Virus record (IMG/VR): IMGVR_UViG_3300033075_001021
Length of the DNA: 64,000 nt
Origin: a virus
Lineage: Duplodnaviria > Caudoviricetes
Reading direction: 5' to 3' (one strand)
Under the pieces are notes generated by a model, which worked only from the letters and a program-made list of their open reading frames with translations, did not search any database and was not told the DNA's origin. Shown one piece after another: positions 8,042-17,533 of the stretch (position 1 is the first letter of the stretch; the number at the start of each line of letters is the position of its first letter). The translations under genes were made by a program, and so were the position numbers.

Positions 8042-8122
8042 TTATAACATAGGAATCCCAGTCGTGTTAGATAACACTAGCACACACAATACAAGGAGCA
8101 ATATGTTTGATAAATTTTTCAT
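8042..8122 (-). CDS. leader peptide 2 (MKNLSNILLLVLCVLVLSNTTGIPML)
   Basis: 10 consecutive L/V/C codons; GACTGGG complementary to terminator CCCAGTC. Confidence 0.8.
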   Translation of the reverse strand: MKNLSNILLLVLCVLVLSNTTGIPML

Positions 8123-8203
8123 CTTAGTTTTTTGTTGTTGTTTATAAATATATGCAAATATACGAAAGAATTTTTAAAAAGCAAATTTTTTTGAAACTTT
8201 TTT

Positions 8204-8701
8204 TTAAAGATTTTTTACGTACTCAACGGTGATATCATTTTTCTTAATAAATCCTCTTAATTGTTCAAATGCTAATAAACTTGGTGGTTCACTCATTTCA
8301 TCGTCATTTTGGGGTAGATTATGAGGTATTGATACTTCTATTTTAATCAAGGATTTACTGATATCGACACCCATTGGGTATTTGAGTAAACTTACCCTTT
8401 CTTCAGATTCGTCTTCTTTACCCCTACCATAACCAGCCCTAACATCAGCATATGATTGTAATCTATATCTATTTGATAATGAATTACCATCAATAGTAAT
8501 TCTAACCTGCATTGGTATAGAATAAGACTTAAACCATTTATTTCTAGTAAAAGAAACATATGGTTGAATACTAGATGTTAATTTAAAATCATTTGCTATT
8601 ATTCCCATTAAACCACGATAGTTTGTAAAGTGATATAAAGGGCCAATATTTTTACCCTCTAATAACCCCTCTCTCAATAATTGTTTAATTAAATCTTTCA
8701 T
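8204..8701 (-). CDS. hypothetical protein, possible ADP-ribosyltransferase fold
   Basis: LYHFT / SFTR / ESEE spacing; N-terminal IKQLLREGL motif. Confidence 0.45.
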   Translation of the reverse strand: MKDLIKQLLREGLLEGKNIGPLYHFTNYRGLMGIIANDFKLTSSIQPYVSFTRNKWFKSYSIPMQVRITIDGNSLSNRYRLQSYADVRAGYGRGKEDESEERVSLLKYPMGVDISKSLIKIEVSIPHNLPQNDDEMSEPPSLLAFEQLRGFIKKNDITVEYVKNL

Positions 8702-9273
8702 TATATATCAATCATTTTAAGTTTTCCCATTTTATCGTATGCAACATTTCCAATATGAAGGTCCAACGGCCTTCCAAGGTCTTTTTCAATTATTGGTGCA
8801 ACGGCTCTTAAAAATTTTGCCCATCTATAAAGAATAGATAATATAAATGGATTATCACCATTATCCGCTGCATCAATAACAGTATTAAAACACTCCCCCT
8901 CAAAAAAATTATTTATTGTAATAAAACCATTACTGCAAGATATTTCACCAGATAGGTTCAATAAAAATCTATCTATTTCATTTAATTCATATGCGGCCTC
9001 TGCTGTTTTTAATTTTTCAATCTCAACAACTGTTAATGTTGGGTCTTTTCTAAATGGAAAAGTACGATAGACTTTAGGAAAGTATTTTGGATTCTCTTGG
9101 AATGTACTTAGCCACTCATGCACCGTATCTTCATCACCAATCTTAAAAAGTCTGTCTGGATATTTGTTTGATGCATAAACCTTATGATAAGCGCCCTTAC
9201 CAAATTCTTTTTTTGGTTTAATTGACATCTCTTCTAATGATTCCCTAAGATATGTCCTAATCCATTGTTTCAT
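8701..9273 (-). CDS. protein-kinase-like fold protein
   Basis: FGKGAYHKVY, DLHIGN, IDI. Confidence 0.7.
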   Translation of the reverse strand: MKQWIRTYLRESLEEMSIKPKKEFGKGAYHKVYASNKYPDRLFKIGDEDTVHEWLSTFQENPKYFPKVYRTFPFRKDPTLTVVEIEKLKTAEAAYELNEIDRFLLNLSGEISCSNGFITINNFFEGECFNTVIDAADNGDNPFILSILYRWAKFLRAVAPIIEKDLGRPLDLHIGNVAYDKMGKLKMIDI

Positions 9274-9860
9274 TATATGTCAATTATTTTTATATTCTTA
9301 TTCATATCATATGCAACATTCTGAGAGTGTAAATCTCTGTCAAAATAGTCATATTTATTTTCCAAATACTTATACATCGTGTAAATTGTTTTGGTCCATT
9401 TTAAAATCTTTTTCATATCCGCATCACTAGGTCGTATTTCATTTAAGTAAACCTTAAAATCCCTTAAAAACCCCATATGTCCATTTGGGTAATAGTTATC
9501 AATTTTATGAATATGGAGCAAGCTATAAGCACCTTTAGGAAAATTTTTAATTACTTGATTTACCATATCAAAATCGGCTTTAGCATTTACAGTGTCTAAT
9601 TTTTCTATTTCAGCAATATAGTAATAAGGATTTTTTTTTGATGGGAAAATACGATAGACTTTAGGGAATATTTTCGGATTTTCTTGAAATATCTTTGACC
9701 AAAACTCTACATCATTTTTTCTCCCGATTTTATATAATCTATCAGGGTGTTTATGTGACTTCAAAACAGTGTGCTGTACCCCACTACCAAATATTGGTTT
9801 TGGGGTTATGGATACTTCCTCCAAGGACTCTTTTAAACGTTGTTTAATCCATTGTTTCAT
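9273..9860 (-). CDS. protein-kinase-like fold protein (tandem paralog)
   Basis: FGSGVQH, DLHSQN, IDI; similar to 8701-9273. Confidence 0.7.
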   Translation of the reverse strand: MKQWIKQRLKESLEEVSITPKPIFGSGVQHTVLKSHKHPDRLYKIGRKNDVEFWSKIFQENPKIFPKVYRIFPSKKNPYYYIAEIEKLDTVNAKADFDMVNQVIKNFPKGAYSLLHIHKIDNYYPNGHMGFLRDFKVYLNEIRPSDADMKKILKWTKTIYTMYKYLENKYDYFDRDLHSQNVAYDMNKNIKIIDI

Positions 9861-9908
9861 ATTCCATAAATATTTACATATTCAAAGAAAATCCCTAATC
9901 TTAAGAAT

Positions 9909-10235
9909 ATGGGATATGTTTATTTATTACTTGAAACCGATAAGGACGGAAATGAGCGCCATAAAATTGGTATAACCAAAAATTGGCCAGAAAAACGTGT
10001 AAAACAACTGCAAACGGGAAATTCTAACGTTATTAGGTTATTACAGACTTATGAGAGCCCTAATTATAAGAAGGTTGAGCAATGGCTCCATAGTCGATTC
10101 TCTGGGCTTAAAACGGAAACAAATAACGAATGGTTTAAGTTAAATGATGACCAAGTTTTAGGGTTTCAAGATATATGCAAAAAGCTGGACGAAACCATCC
10201 AGCTCTTATTAAAAGAAAATCCATTTTTTAAATAA
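9909..10235 (+). CDS. GIY-YIG (T5orf172-like) nuclease
   Basis: GYVYLL...KIGIT...R..QLQTGN...EWF. Confidence 0.8.
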   Translation: MGYVYLLLETDKDGNERHKIGITKNWPEKRVKQLQTGNSNVIRLLQTYESPNYKKVEQWLHSRFSGLKTETNNEWFKLNDDQVLGFQDICKKLDETIQLLLKENPFFK

Positions 10236-10515
10236 CTTCAATAACCTTTCCATACACTTGTTTGGTCCACCCATTGATGCCGCCTTTATTGTTTCCAATT
10301 TGGCATCCTTTATCTGGGTTCTTAGCTTTAACCAAATGTGTATAAAAACGTCCTTTGACTTTACAATACACAATATCCCCAACTTGAGCTTCTTCCCAAG
10401 TTATCGGTGCCAATTTATGTTCCTGACCAGATTTAATAAGGGGAACCATTGAGTTCCCCTTTTCCTTGGTTATAAACGTCTCACCCTTCTGCAATTTTTC
10501 CAATTTCCAGTTCAT
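10228..10515 (-). CDS. S24/S26 peptidase-like protein
   Basis: GNSMVPLI...GDIV...H pattern. Confidence 0.55.
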   Translation of the reverse strand: MNWKLEKLQKGETFITKEKGNSMVPLIKSGQEHKLAPITWEEAQVGDIVYCKVKGRFYTHLVKAKNPDKGCQIGNNKGGINGWTKQVYGKVIEVI

Positions 10516-11137
10516 GCAAATAATCTTCAAATTCTTTATAAATCTCAAATGTGTCGGTATGGATGATGAAATCATTATAGGAATTGTAGTGTTCGGTTAC
10601 ATATTTCCTAAATCCTTCTAGCACCTCACCAAGCTTCTTCCCTTCAAATCCATACCTTCTCATTACATCCCCACCATTGAATTTGGATTGTACGTAAAGC
10701 TTGCGACACTCCAAGTATTCCAACCTTCTTACCTCAGTTACAATATTTGCTTCTGGGAAGAAATCGTCAATCATAATGAAGTATGATGTTTTATCCTCAG
10801 CAAATTTGAATTCATGGTTTTCGTCGGCAACATTCTCAGTCATCCACTCCAAAAAGGTCATATATGATGCTCTCTTTTTGTTACGGTCACGGTTGATTTT
10901 ATTGAGTTCTTCCATTTGGAATTTCTTCCAGTTGAAGTATGGTGACTCAGCAATGAATGTAAAGATATCCTCAAGTTCATCAAATCCCTTTTCGTATCTT
11001 TCATATGAAAGACCCAAGAATTTAAAGATTTTTGGATAATCCTTTGATACTGGAATACTACCTAATTTACCACGTTTATTATATACGTTCATAAATAAAC
11101 CTTCTTGCCCATATTTTAAATTATATTCTATTTTCAT
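10481..11137 (-). CDS. probable C-terminal half of a split nucleotidyltransferase-like gene
   Basis: starts ...LKYGQEGL; ends with NGGDVM..YG.EGKKLG tail resembling the CCA-enzyme C-terminus in this window. Confidence 0.55.
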   Translation of the reverse strand: MKIEYNLKYGQEGLFMNVYNKRGKLGSIPVSKDYPKIFKFLGLSYERYEKGFDELEDIFTFIAESPYFNWKKFQMEELNKINRDRNKKRASYMTFLEWMTENVADENHEFKFAEDKTSYFIMIDDFFPEANIVTEVRRLEYLECRKLYVQSKFNGGDVMRRYGFEGKKLGEVLEGFRKYVTEHYNSYNDFIIHTDTFEIYKEFEDYLHELEIGKIAEG

Positions 11138-11140
11138 ATT

Positions 11141-11857
11141 TTAATTTTTATATTTCCATATAAAACCACATGCTGTTTTAGTTAATCCTCGACAACAATT
11201 TCTACAATTAATTTTAAGTGTCCTATACACATCCATTGTTGATTCCCATTCTTTAATGAATTCACCAGCTATTGTATATTGTAAGACCCTTTTTTTATTC
11301 GCTTTTTCTGATAATATTTTTTTCGTTTTTTCTGAGTGATTTTTATTGAAGAAAGGGTTGTTATGCTTAGTTCTTTTACTACCCTTAAATGGATTATTAT
11401 CTCTAAAATATGTATTATGATTTAATAACCATTTTGTTTTTTTCTCTATAACCTCTTCATCGGTTAATCCTTTTTCCTTCCAAATATCTTCAAATGTTTT
11501 GCCGTACATTGGATTATTAGCACCGCTAACGTCTACGTGATTGAATGACATTTTTAACTTTGTTCTATCGTTATGTTTATTTCCTTCCATTGGAGAGGTT
11601 TCTCCACCGATAAGAATATTATATCCAATTGCTTTATTTTGACTGTTAAGTTTATTAACCCAAAATTTTTCTTTTTGATTTAACTCTTCAATATTCGAGG
11701 CAAAATCTATTATTTCTTTCTTAAAATTTTTCCTACCATATTTTTTTATCGCTTCTTTCAAAAGTTTACCGCCACCTAAATAATATTCATTATTTTTGCT
11801 ATCCTTACCAATATAGATTTTACCATTAACTAAATTTGTTGTTTTGTATATCACCAT
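11141..11857 (-). CDS. GIY-YIG homing endonuclease with NUMOD repeats
   Basis: VIYKTTNLVNGKIYIGK; NPMYGK, NPFFNKNHSEKTK. Confidence 0.9.
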   Translation of the reverse strand: MVIYKTTNLVNGKIYIGKDSKNNEYYLGGGKLLKEAIKKYGRKNFKKEIIDFASNIEELNQKEKFWVNKLNSQNKAIGYNILIGGETSPMEGNKHNDRTKLKMSFNHVDVSGANNPMYGKTFEDIWKEKGLTDEEVIEKKTKWLLNHNTYFRDNNPFKGSKRTKHNNPFFNKNHSEKTKKILSEKANKKRVLQYTIAGEFIKEWESTMDVYRTLKINCRNCCRGLTKTACGFIWKYKN

Positions 11858-11917
11858 AACATTTATTTAATAATAAATATCACGACTGGTCAAGAAGGAC
11901 TATGCTTTATTAAAAAA

Positions 11918-12325
11918 TTATAGGTCATCTGTATCAATTTCACCAGAAAATCCATGAGCAAGTCTACCAATGAAGTTTCCAAGGTCATTATATGACAAAT
12001 ACATTGCGTTTGAATCAAAATGTTCTGGTGCGCAAGTAATGATGTCTACTTGCAATTCCTTGTAATCAAATGACCAGCAGTTACCGTTATGAAAGATTTC
12101 ATTCGGTGTAAATGTGTTTTCAATGTATTCCCTCATTTGTGGGTAATCCTTGCTGGTTACAAGAATATCAGCATCACCAAATGTTTGCTTGTTCTTGTAA
12201 AACAACGGCATAGTAACCCTGTCAAAGGTTCTTTTAAGAATGTCAATTAGCTCTTTGCTAATTTCTTCAAATTCGGGTCTATCATATCGCCTTGTTACCG
12301 TATTTTTTAGTGCTCTTCCACCCAT
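11918..12325 (-). CDS. N-terminal half of a Pol-beta-superfamily nucleotidyltransferase-like gene
   Basis: FGDADIL and QVDII acidic motifs. Confidence 0.6.
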   Translation of the reverse strand: MGGRALKNTVTRRYDRPEFEEISKELIDILKRTFDRVTMPLFYKNKQTFGDADILVTSKDYPQMREYIENTFTPNEIFHNGNCWSFDYKELQVDIITCAPEHFDSNAMYLSYNDLGNFIGRLAHGFSGEIDTDDL

Positions 12326-12383
12326 TTTTTATTATTTTATTCGTTTTATAATTATGTTTCTTTTTATGCTAAATAATTTAACC

Positions 12384-12725
12384 TTACCAGTTATCACCTA
12401 TTGAGTTAATACTTGATTTATGCTTTGGGTGACTCCAAGTATCGGTTTCTTTATCATAGTTATAACCTCGTTGGTCTGTAAGTGTATATTTAGTTATTGT
12501 TACACCATCAACATCACAAACTTCTGTTAAGAATGTTTTTTCATGTTTAGTACCAGCAAGCGTTGTCCAAACCTCAAGTCTAAAATTTTTAGGTATTAAT
12601 TTGCCTGTTGCTATTACTCTACAACAAGTCCCTTCACCTAAAACGTGAACCCTTAATCCTTCCATATCTTTATATGGATGTGTTGGGATACCATAACCAC
12701 ATCCACACATTCTTTGTTTACCCAT
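12384..12725 (-). CDS. hypothetical protein
   Basis: ORF track. Confidence 0.6.
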   Translation of the reverse strand: MGKQRMCGCGYGIPTHPYKDMEGLRVHVLGEGTCCRVIATGKLIPKNFRLEVWTTLAGTKHEKTFLTEVCDVDGVTITKYTLTDQRGYNYDKETDTWSHPKHKSSINSIGDNW

Positions 12726-12730
12726 AGTAT

Positions 12731-13246
12731 TTATTTTGGTTTGATTGTTATATGCATCTTCTTACCTTCCAATTTTGGCATGTATTCCAATGCACCATTT
12801 TCTTTACATTGGCTAGCAAAACTCAAAAGAACAATCTCACCTCTTTCTTTATGGACAATTTGTCGTCCTCTGAATTGAATAACGCATTTTACTTTGTTAC
12901 CTTCAGATAAGAAGCCGATTGCATTTTTGACACGATATGAAATGTCGTTTTCAGATATTTCAACACCTAAACGTATCTCTTTAATTTCACCACCCTTATT
13001 GTTCTTCTTTTGTTCTTTTGCTTTCTGTTTTTCTTGATATTGATACTTGCTGAACTCCATCAATTTACAAATTGATGTGTCACCTTGATTCTTTATCTCA
13101 ATAAGGTCAAGTCCTTCAGACCTACCTAATGAAAGGGCCTCAGAAAGTGTATATACCCCGTCGTATTGTTCTGACCCAACAATTCTAATGTTAGGCGATT
13201 TAATCCATGTGTTAATTACGTAATTGTGTTTCTTTCTTTTATTCAT
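12731..13246 (-). CDS. infC: translation initiation factor IF3
   Basis: INTWI...GLDLIEI...CKLMEFSKYQY...KEIRL...KVKCVIQFRGRQ. Confidence 0.9.
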   Translation of the reverse strand: MNKRKKHNYVINTWIKSPNIRIVGSEQYDGVYTLSEALSLGRSEGLDLIEIKNQGDTSICKLMEFSKYQYQEKQKAKEQKKNNKGGEIKEIRLGVEISENDISYRVKNAIGFLSEGNKVKCVIQFRGRQIVHKERGEIVLLSFASQCKENGALEYMPKLEGKKMHITIKPK

Positions 13247-13544
13247 TTTCTTTTTTATCAAATGATGACGGTAAAACATTGATTCCAAATTTCTTACCGA
13301 ATTTTACTAAAAATATGATTAGAATTCCAGAACCTGGCACAATGAATAAAGCACTTAAGACGGTTAATTTGAAAACGTCAAGGCTTTGATTTTTTACCTT
13401 CGCTTTTTCCTCTTTGGTTAGTGATTTGCTTTTTGCAGCCCAAAGAAGTTTTATAAGTTCTTTTGTTTCTATCGCTTCCAGTTTTGTATCACCAATAAGC
13501 TGTTTTACCGATTTTTTTATCTTTTCCACTATATTAAAACGCAA
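13239..13544 (-). CDS. small membrane protein, LETM1-like
   Basis: EKAKVKNQSLD..K....FIVPG...LPSSF. Confidence 0.55.
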   Translation of the reverse strand: MRFNIVEKIKKSVKQLIGDTKLEAIETKELIKLLWAAKSKSLTKEEKAKVKNQSLDVFKLTVLSALFIVPGSGILIIFLVKFGKKFGINVLPSSFDKKENE

Positions 13545-13574
13545 ATATACAACTTGTTATCGGAAAAATCAAAT

Positions 13575-13820
13575 TTATTTTCTTTTCCCTTCTTTAAATG
13601 ACTCTTTGGTCATTTCTTTCATTTTTATAAGGTCATCCAGCTTTAAGTTAAATTGCTTCTCAGCATATGCTTCAATCGCCCCTATGAGGTCACATAATTC
13701 ACAAATAATCAAAACATTAGCGTTTTGCGATTTAGCGTCTTCTAATTCTTGTATTTCCTCGGTGATTTTTGAGTATTCACCCAAGACACCTTTTTGAATG
13801 TTAACTTTGTGGTAACCCAT
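13575..13820 (-). CDS. MazG-like all-alpha NTP pyrophosphatase (short)
   Basis: KITEEIQEL...ELCDL. Confidence 0.55.
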   Translation of the reverse strand: MGYHKVNIQKGVLGEYSKITEEIQELEDAKSQNANVLIICELCDLIGAIEAYAEKQFNLKLDDLIKMKEMTKESFKEGKRK

Positions 13821-14361
13821 ATAAATTAATTAATTTTGACATTCTTGGTTCAGCACAGCCAGTACCATATATCCAAGTTAAAAAATCACATTCACGAATC
13901 CCATATGAACCTAATTCAATTTTTCCATCACATAAAATATCAAAACCATCAGTCGTGGCAATTACTGATATTTCATTATACGGGAAATATTGACGATAAA
14001 AATTCAACGCACAATCAACTACGAAATTTAACCCAGATTTGTTTACTTCATCGGTTTTGATTAACTCATTCTTCATGAAATATTTTGTATGTAGAAAATC
14101 AAAACTTTCATAACGATAACACGGTGTTATTGTTTGAAATTGACCCTTGGGTAAAAATTCTTTGAGGTAAAGGTACAAGAAAGATTGTTCACCAGATGCG
14201 ACCAAACACTTATCATTATGTTTTAGTTGAAACGATATACGGTCCTTAGGTTTTGTAATATTGTCAACAAATTCAGACACTGTCCATGGTGCTTCAATGC
14301 GTTTAAAACCTTGCGCTTCATAAAACTTTAGTGAATCGTCGAGTAATTTATAGTTTATCAT
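13801..14361 (-). CDS. stand-alone class II aminoacyl-tRNA-synthetase-like catalytic core
   Basis: motif 2 PCYRYE...FMKNE, IELGS, motif 3 GTGCAEPR; no anticodon-binding domain. Confidence 0.7.
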   Translation of the reverse strand: MINYKLLDDSLKFYEAQGFKRIEAPWTVSEFVDNITKPKDRISFQLKHNDKCLVASGEQSFLYLYLKEFLPKGQFQTITPCYRYESFDFLHTKYFMKNELIKTDEVNKSGLNFVVDCALNFYRQYFPYNEISVIATTDGFDILCDGKIELGSYGIRECDFLTWIYGTGCAEPRMSKLINLYGLPQS

Positions 14362-14669
14362 TTTTTAAGTTTAAATTCAAAAAATGCACCATAAGATTCG
14401 TTATAACCTGGTTTGTCATAATTTACAATCCAACCAGCCTTTCGGTACGCATTTTCAAAATCCATCCAATGCTTATCAAATACTTCTTGGCGTGTTGTTC
14501 CTTCAGGTGCCAATTTCAAGATTTCATCTAGAATTTCATCCTGTTTAATTGTAAAAGATGACTTACCGAAATAATGACGATTGATGCAATTGTTTACCGC
14601 TTCGAATACAAAATCTGGAAACGCTTTTTCAACGTTATCCAATGCTTGTTGTGGTGTAATTGGTTTCAT
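14358..14669 (-). CDS. hypothetical protein
   Basis: ORF with ATGA overlaps. Confidence 0.7.
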   Translation of the reverse strand: MKPITPQQALDNVEKAFPDFVFEAVNNCINRHYFGKSSFTIKQDEILDEILKLAPEGTTRQEVFDKHWMDFENAYRKAGWIVNYDKPGYNESYGAFFEFKLKK

Positions 14670-15202
14670 GTTATTAATCCTGTTTTAACTAATCGATGTA
14701 TGTATTTAGAATGTTCGATGTTCTTTTCATTCGCATATCCAATGGTCATGTGTAACCCCCAAAATGGTCTTCCTAAACCTAATTCGGCTCTTATGCCATG
14801 CAAACCATCACGATGTTCGTGTGAAACTGGTAGCCACCAGTGTTTATCATCGGTTCTTGGCTCAATATCAAGCATGATTGGTACTTCAATACCATCCCAC
14901 TTTTTCTTGACCGAATTCCAAATTTGTTTTACTTCGTCCATTGAACGTTTTCCGTTCATTGACATTTCTTTAAAACTGTCATTGATGAATGAAACGTGAC
15001 CACCACGAAGAGGTTTATTCAAAACCAAATTATAACGCTTCTTGATAAACCAAGCGTAATAATCGGTTATATCACCATCAAATAATACCAACGCCATATG
15101 CTTCCAAGAAGCTTGCAAATTATGCTTTTTGGTAATGTTCTCTGGTTCGAACTCTATTCTTCCTGTAAGTAATATCTTATCCACAACATTAGTGTTATGC
15201 AA
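14666..15202 (-). CDS. 2H phosphoesterase-like protein
   Basis: two Hx[S/T] motifs (HVSF, HMTI). Confidence 0.6.
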   Translation of the reverse strand: MHNTNVVDKILLTGRIEFEPENITKKHNLQASWKHMALVLFDGDITDYYAWFIKKRYNLVLNKPLRGGHVSFINDSFKEMSMNGKRSMDEVKQIWNSVKKKWDGIEVPIMLDIEPRTDDKHWWLPVSHEHRDGLHGIRAELGLGRPFWGLHMTIGYANEKNIEHSKYIHRLVKTGLIT

Positions 15203-15875
15203 GTTTAAAATTTGGTAAGAAGGTTCTTAAGAATGCGTTGGTTTCACCACCAATTCTCTCAAGCCATCCTTGATATTGTTTTTCGTTTGCTTCATCAGTA
15301 ACCATTTCGTTCCTAACAAAGTCTGGGTAGTAATCACGTTTGAAAACCCTTTCATCAACAAGAAATACAACAGCTGTAAGTGTATCGTTAAGGTCTGGTT
15401 CTCTAAACTCAGCAACCATTACACCGTTGTTACGAAGTGTTTGTGCATGTTGTTGAAGAGTCCCAAGTCTTTCAGGATTCTCATTGGTTGTACCACCGTT
15501 AAGAATAATGAATGTTTTATCCTTATTGGCAAACTTATTATAGATTGGGTCAAATGGTGGAATACCTCTTACCAGCTGACCGTATTCAACAACAGCATGT
15601 CCAAATTGAATACCTTGTTGAATTGGTGATAGATTATAGGGAACCAATCCATACATTCTATATTCAAGGAACATTTCTGATTTCCTAGGCATAGAGTTTG
15701 GTTTAAGGTCACATTTTCTAATTCTGTCGAGATAATCAATATATGTAATCTTTTCTTCAAAAAAAGAAGCCATATAGAATCCCCAACTTGTTTGCCATTG
15801 TTTTAAATCAAGTGGGCGCACTCTATCAAGTACGCACCACTCAAATCCTGTTTTTTTTTCTTCCATGTTTACCAA
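15195..15875 (-). CDS. peptidyl-tRNA hydrolase PTH2-like protein
   Basis: LSPIQQGIQFGHAV...FREPDLNDTLTAV. Confidence 0.7.
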   Translation of the reverse strand: MVNMEEKKTGFEWCVLDRVRPLDLKQWQTSWGFYMASFFEEKITYIDYLDRIRKCDLKPNSMPRKSEMFLEYRMYGLVPYNLSPIQQGIQFGHAVVEYGQLVRGIPPFDPIYNKFANKDKTFIILNGGTTNENPERLGTLQQHAQTLRNNGVMVAEFREPDLNDTLTAVVFLVDERVFKRDYYPDFVRNEMVTDEANEKQYQGWLERIGGETNAFLRTFLPNFKLA

Positions 15876-16072
15876 TTTCTTGTTACATCTGCAAACAAGT
15901 TTGGATTGGTTTTAATCCAATTCAAAACCAGTGCTTGCATATTAGGAGGTATTGGAAATCCTTGCATATACACGACATCCATTACAACCTCGATTTCTTG
16001 CCCTTCAGCCAAGGTTACACCATTCTGAAGAGTCGTTTTTTTCAAAAGCTTAAATACTTTGTTCTTTATCAT
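15869..16072 (-). CDS. hypothetical protein
   Basis: ORF track. Confidence 0.65.
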   Translation of the reverse strand: MIKNKVFKLLKKTTLQNGVTLAEGQEIEVVMDVVYMQGFPIPPNMQALVLNWIKTNPNLFADVTRNW

Positions 16073-16080
16073 ACGAATTT

Positions 16081-16422
16081 TTATTTACCATATACACCTG
16101 ATTCCCAACCCAAACGAATACCATATTTTTGGCCAATCGCTTCAATATCGGCATCAGCTTTATCATCCCAATAGTCTTCATCAAAGTAAGGTTCAATGGG
16201 TATAATTTCAAGACTATCATAAGTCTGGGTACCAAACCACGTTCTGTTTGTTAAGCGAAAATCTTCAATCTTACAACCACATACTTCGTTGTTCTTAAAG
16301 TATTCTTCAAGCTCAAGTTTAATCTTAGCTTCTTTTACTTTAAATTCAGCCTCAAGTTGTGAGTTGTATTTATCAACAATCGCTTTTGCTTGTTCGTATT
16401 GTTCTTGTGTTACCTTTTCCAT
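16081..16422 (-). CDS. hypothetical protein
   Basis: ORF track. Confidence 0.65.
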   Translation of the reverse strand: MEKVTQEQYEQAKAIVDKYNSQLEAEFKVKEAKIKLELEEYFKNNEVCGCKIEDFRLTNRTWFGTQTYDSLEIIPIEPYFDEDYWDDKADADIEAIGQKYGIRLGWESGVYGK

Positions 16423-16427
16423 GATTT

Positions 16428-17495
16428 TTATTTTAAACCAACTTCTTCATTTTGCTTTGCAAAGAAATATAGTCGGCATCTTTCAGAAACCTTTGAGTTA
16501 ATATCCTTTGGCTCCAACCCAGCTTCAGCAATGGTATCGCTTTCTTCCTTCATGATGTCTTGAACAACATTTCTGATAAAGTCACCCATCTTCTTGATGT
16601 CGATGCTACCACCGTTCATAAGGTCAAAGGTCTTGTCAAGCATTTGTTCCAAACGCCAGTCAGGTGTAACCTTATTAACCACATCGATAATCTTGTTTAG
16701 CTTAGCATCATCAACTGGCTTTAAGGTTGTTACCTTTGAAGCCTTGCTGTGCTTTTCACCCTTAGACTTGAAACGATAAACCTTACCTTCTGGAGTCATG
16801 TGTGAAAATACAACACCTTCACCAATACCCACGTGTCCGAAAGCCTTACCAACAGGACATTCTTCTTCAACCTCAAGAGTCATTTCAATTATCTTGTTTT
16901 GAGCCAATTGAGGCATATTGAAGTCGATTTCGACAGAATAGGTCTTGTAGTCTTCAATGTTGTAAATCCTAGCCTCTGGGCATCTTAAATCAGAAGAATC
17001 AACCCAATAAGCAACTGGCTTGTCATCTTCACTCTTTGGATGCGGAGTAATCTTCACACCAAAGATGAACATGGACTTATCAATGTTAGAGATTGCTACG
17101 CTCTTTTGAATACCCTTACCAGCCCACTCACCATAGATAGTGATAGTGTTTTCCTTCATGTCAAGATTATGCTTTAAGCTGATATGATAGAATAGGTTCT
17201 GGAACGCACCTCTGTTGGTTTCAACAAAGAACGCAGAGCCAGCATTATCCTTTTCAGGTGTAATGATGTTCTCTCTGGATTGAGCCCACATACCTTCCAA
17301 TTCGTTGTAGGACACACCGAAGTTGGTACCATGAAGCTTGATTGTACCCTTAAAAGTCAATACAGGCTTTGGTCTTGATGGGTCGTAAATGGCATCGCCA
17401 TTCTCGTCCAATCCAACGAAATTATAGCTCCTATTGATATCAGCAATCACGTTCTTGAATTGCTCGATGCTTGGAAATGATATATGCTTCTTCAT
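16428..17495 (-). CDS. RNA ligase, Rnl2-like
   Basis: KLHGTN, YGEW, GEGVV, FKSK. Confidence 0.8.
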   Translation of the reverse strand: MKKHISFPSIEQFKNVIADINRSYNFVGLDENGDAIYDPSRPKPVLTFKGTIKLHGTNFGVSYNELEGMWAQSRENIITPEKDNAGSAFFVETNRGAFQNLFYHISLKHNLDMKENTITIYGEWAGKGIQKSVAISNIDKSMFIFGVKITPHPKSEDDKPVAYWVDSSDLRCPEARIYNIEDYKTYSVEIDFNMPQLAQNKIIEMTLEVEEECPVGKAFGHVGIGEGVVFSHMTPEGKVYRFKSKGEKHSKASKVTTLKPVDDAKLNKIIDVVNKVTPDWRLEQMLDKTFDLMNGGSIDIKKMGDFIRNVVQDIMKEESDTIAEAGLEPKDINSKVSERCRLYFFAKQNEEVGLK

Positions 17496-17533
17496 AGTTG
17501 CAAATATACGATTTTATTGTGAATAAATCAAGT

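Noticed and set aside
11141-11917. Group I intron around the GIY-YIG gene
   Set aside because: No recognisable core elements and only 3 nt of 3' flank.
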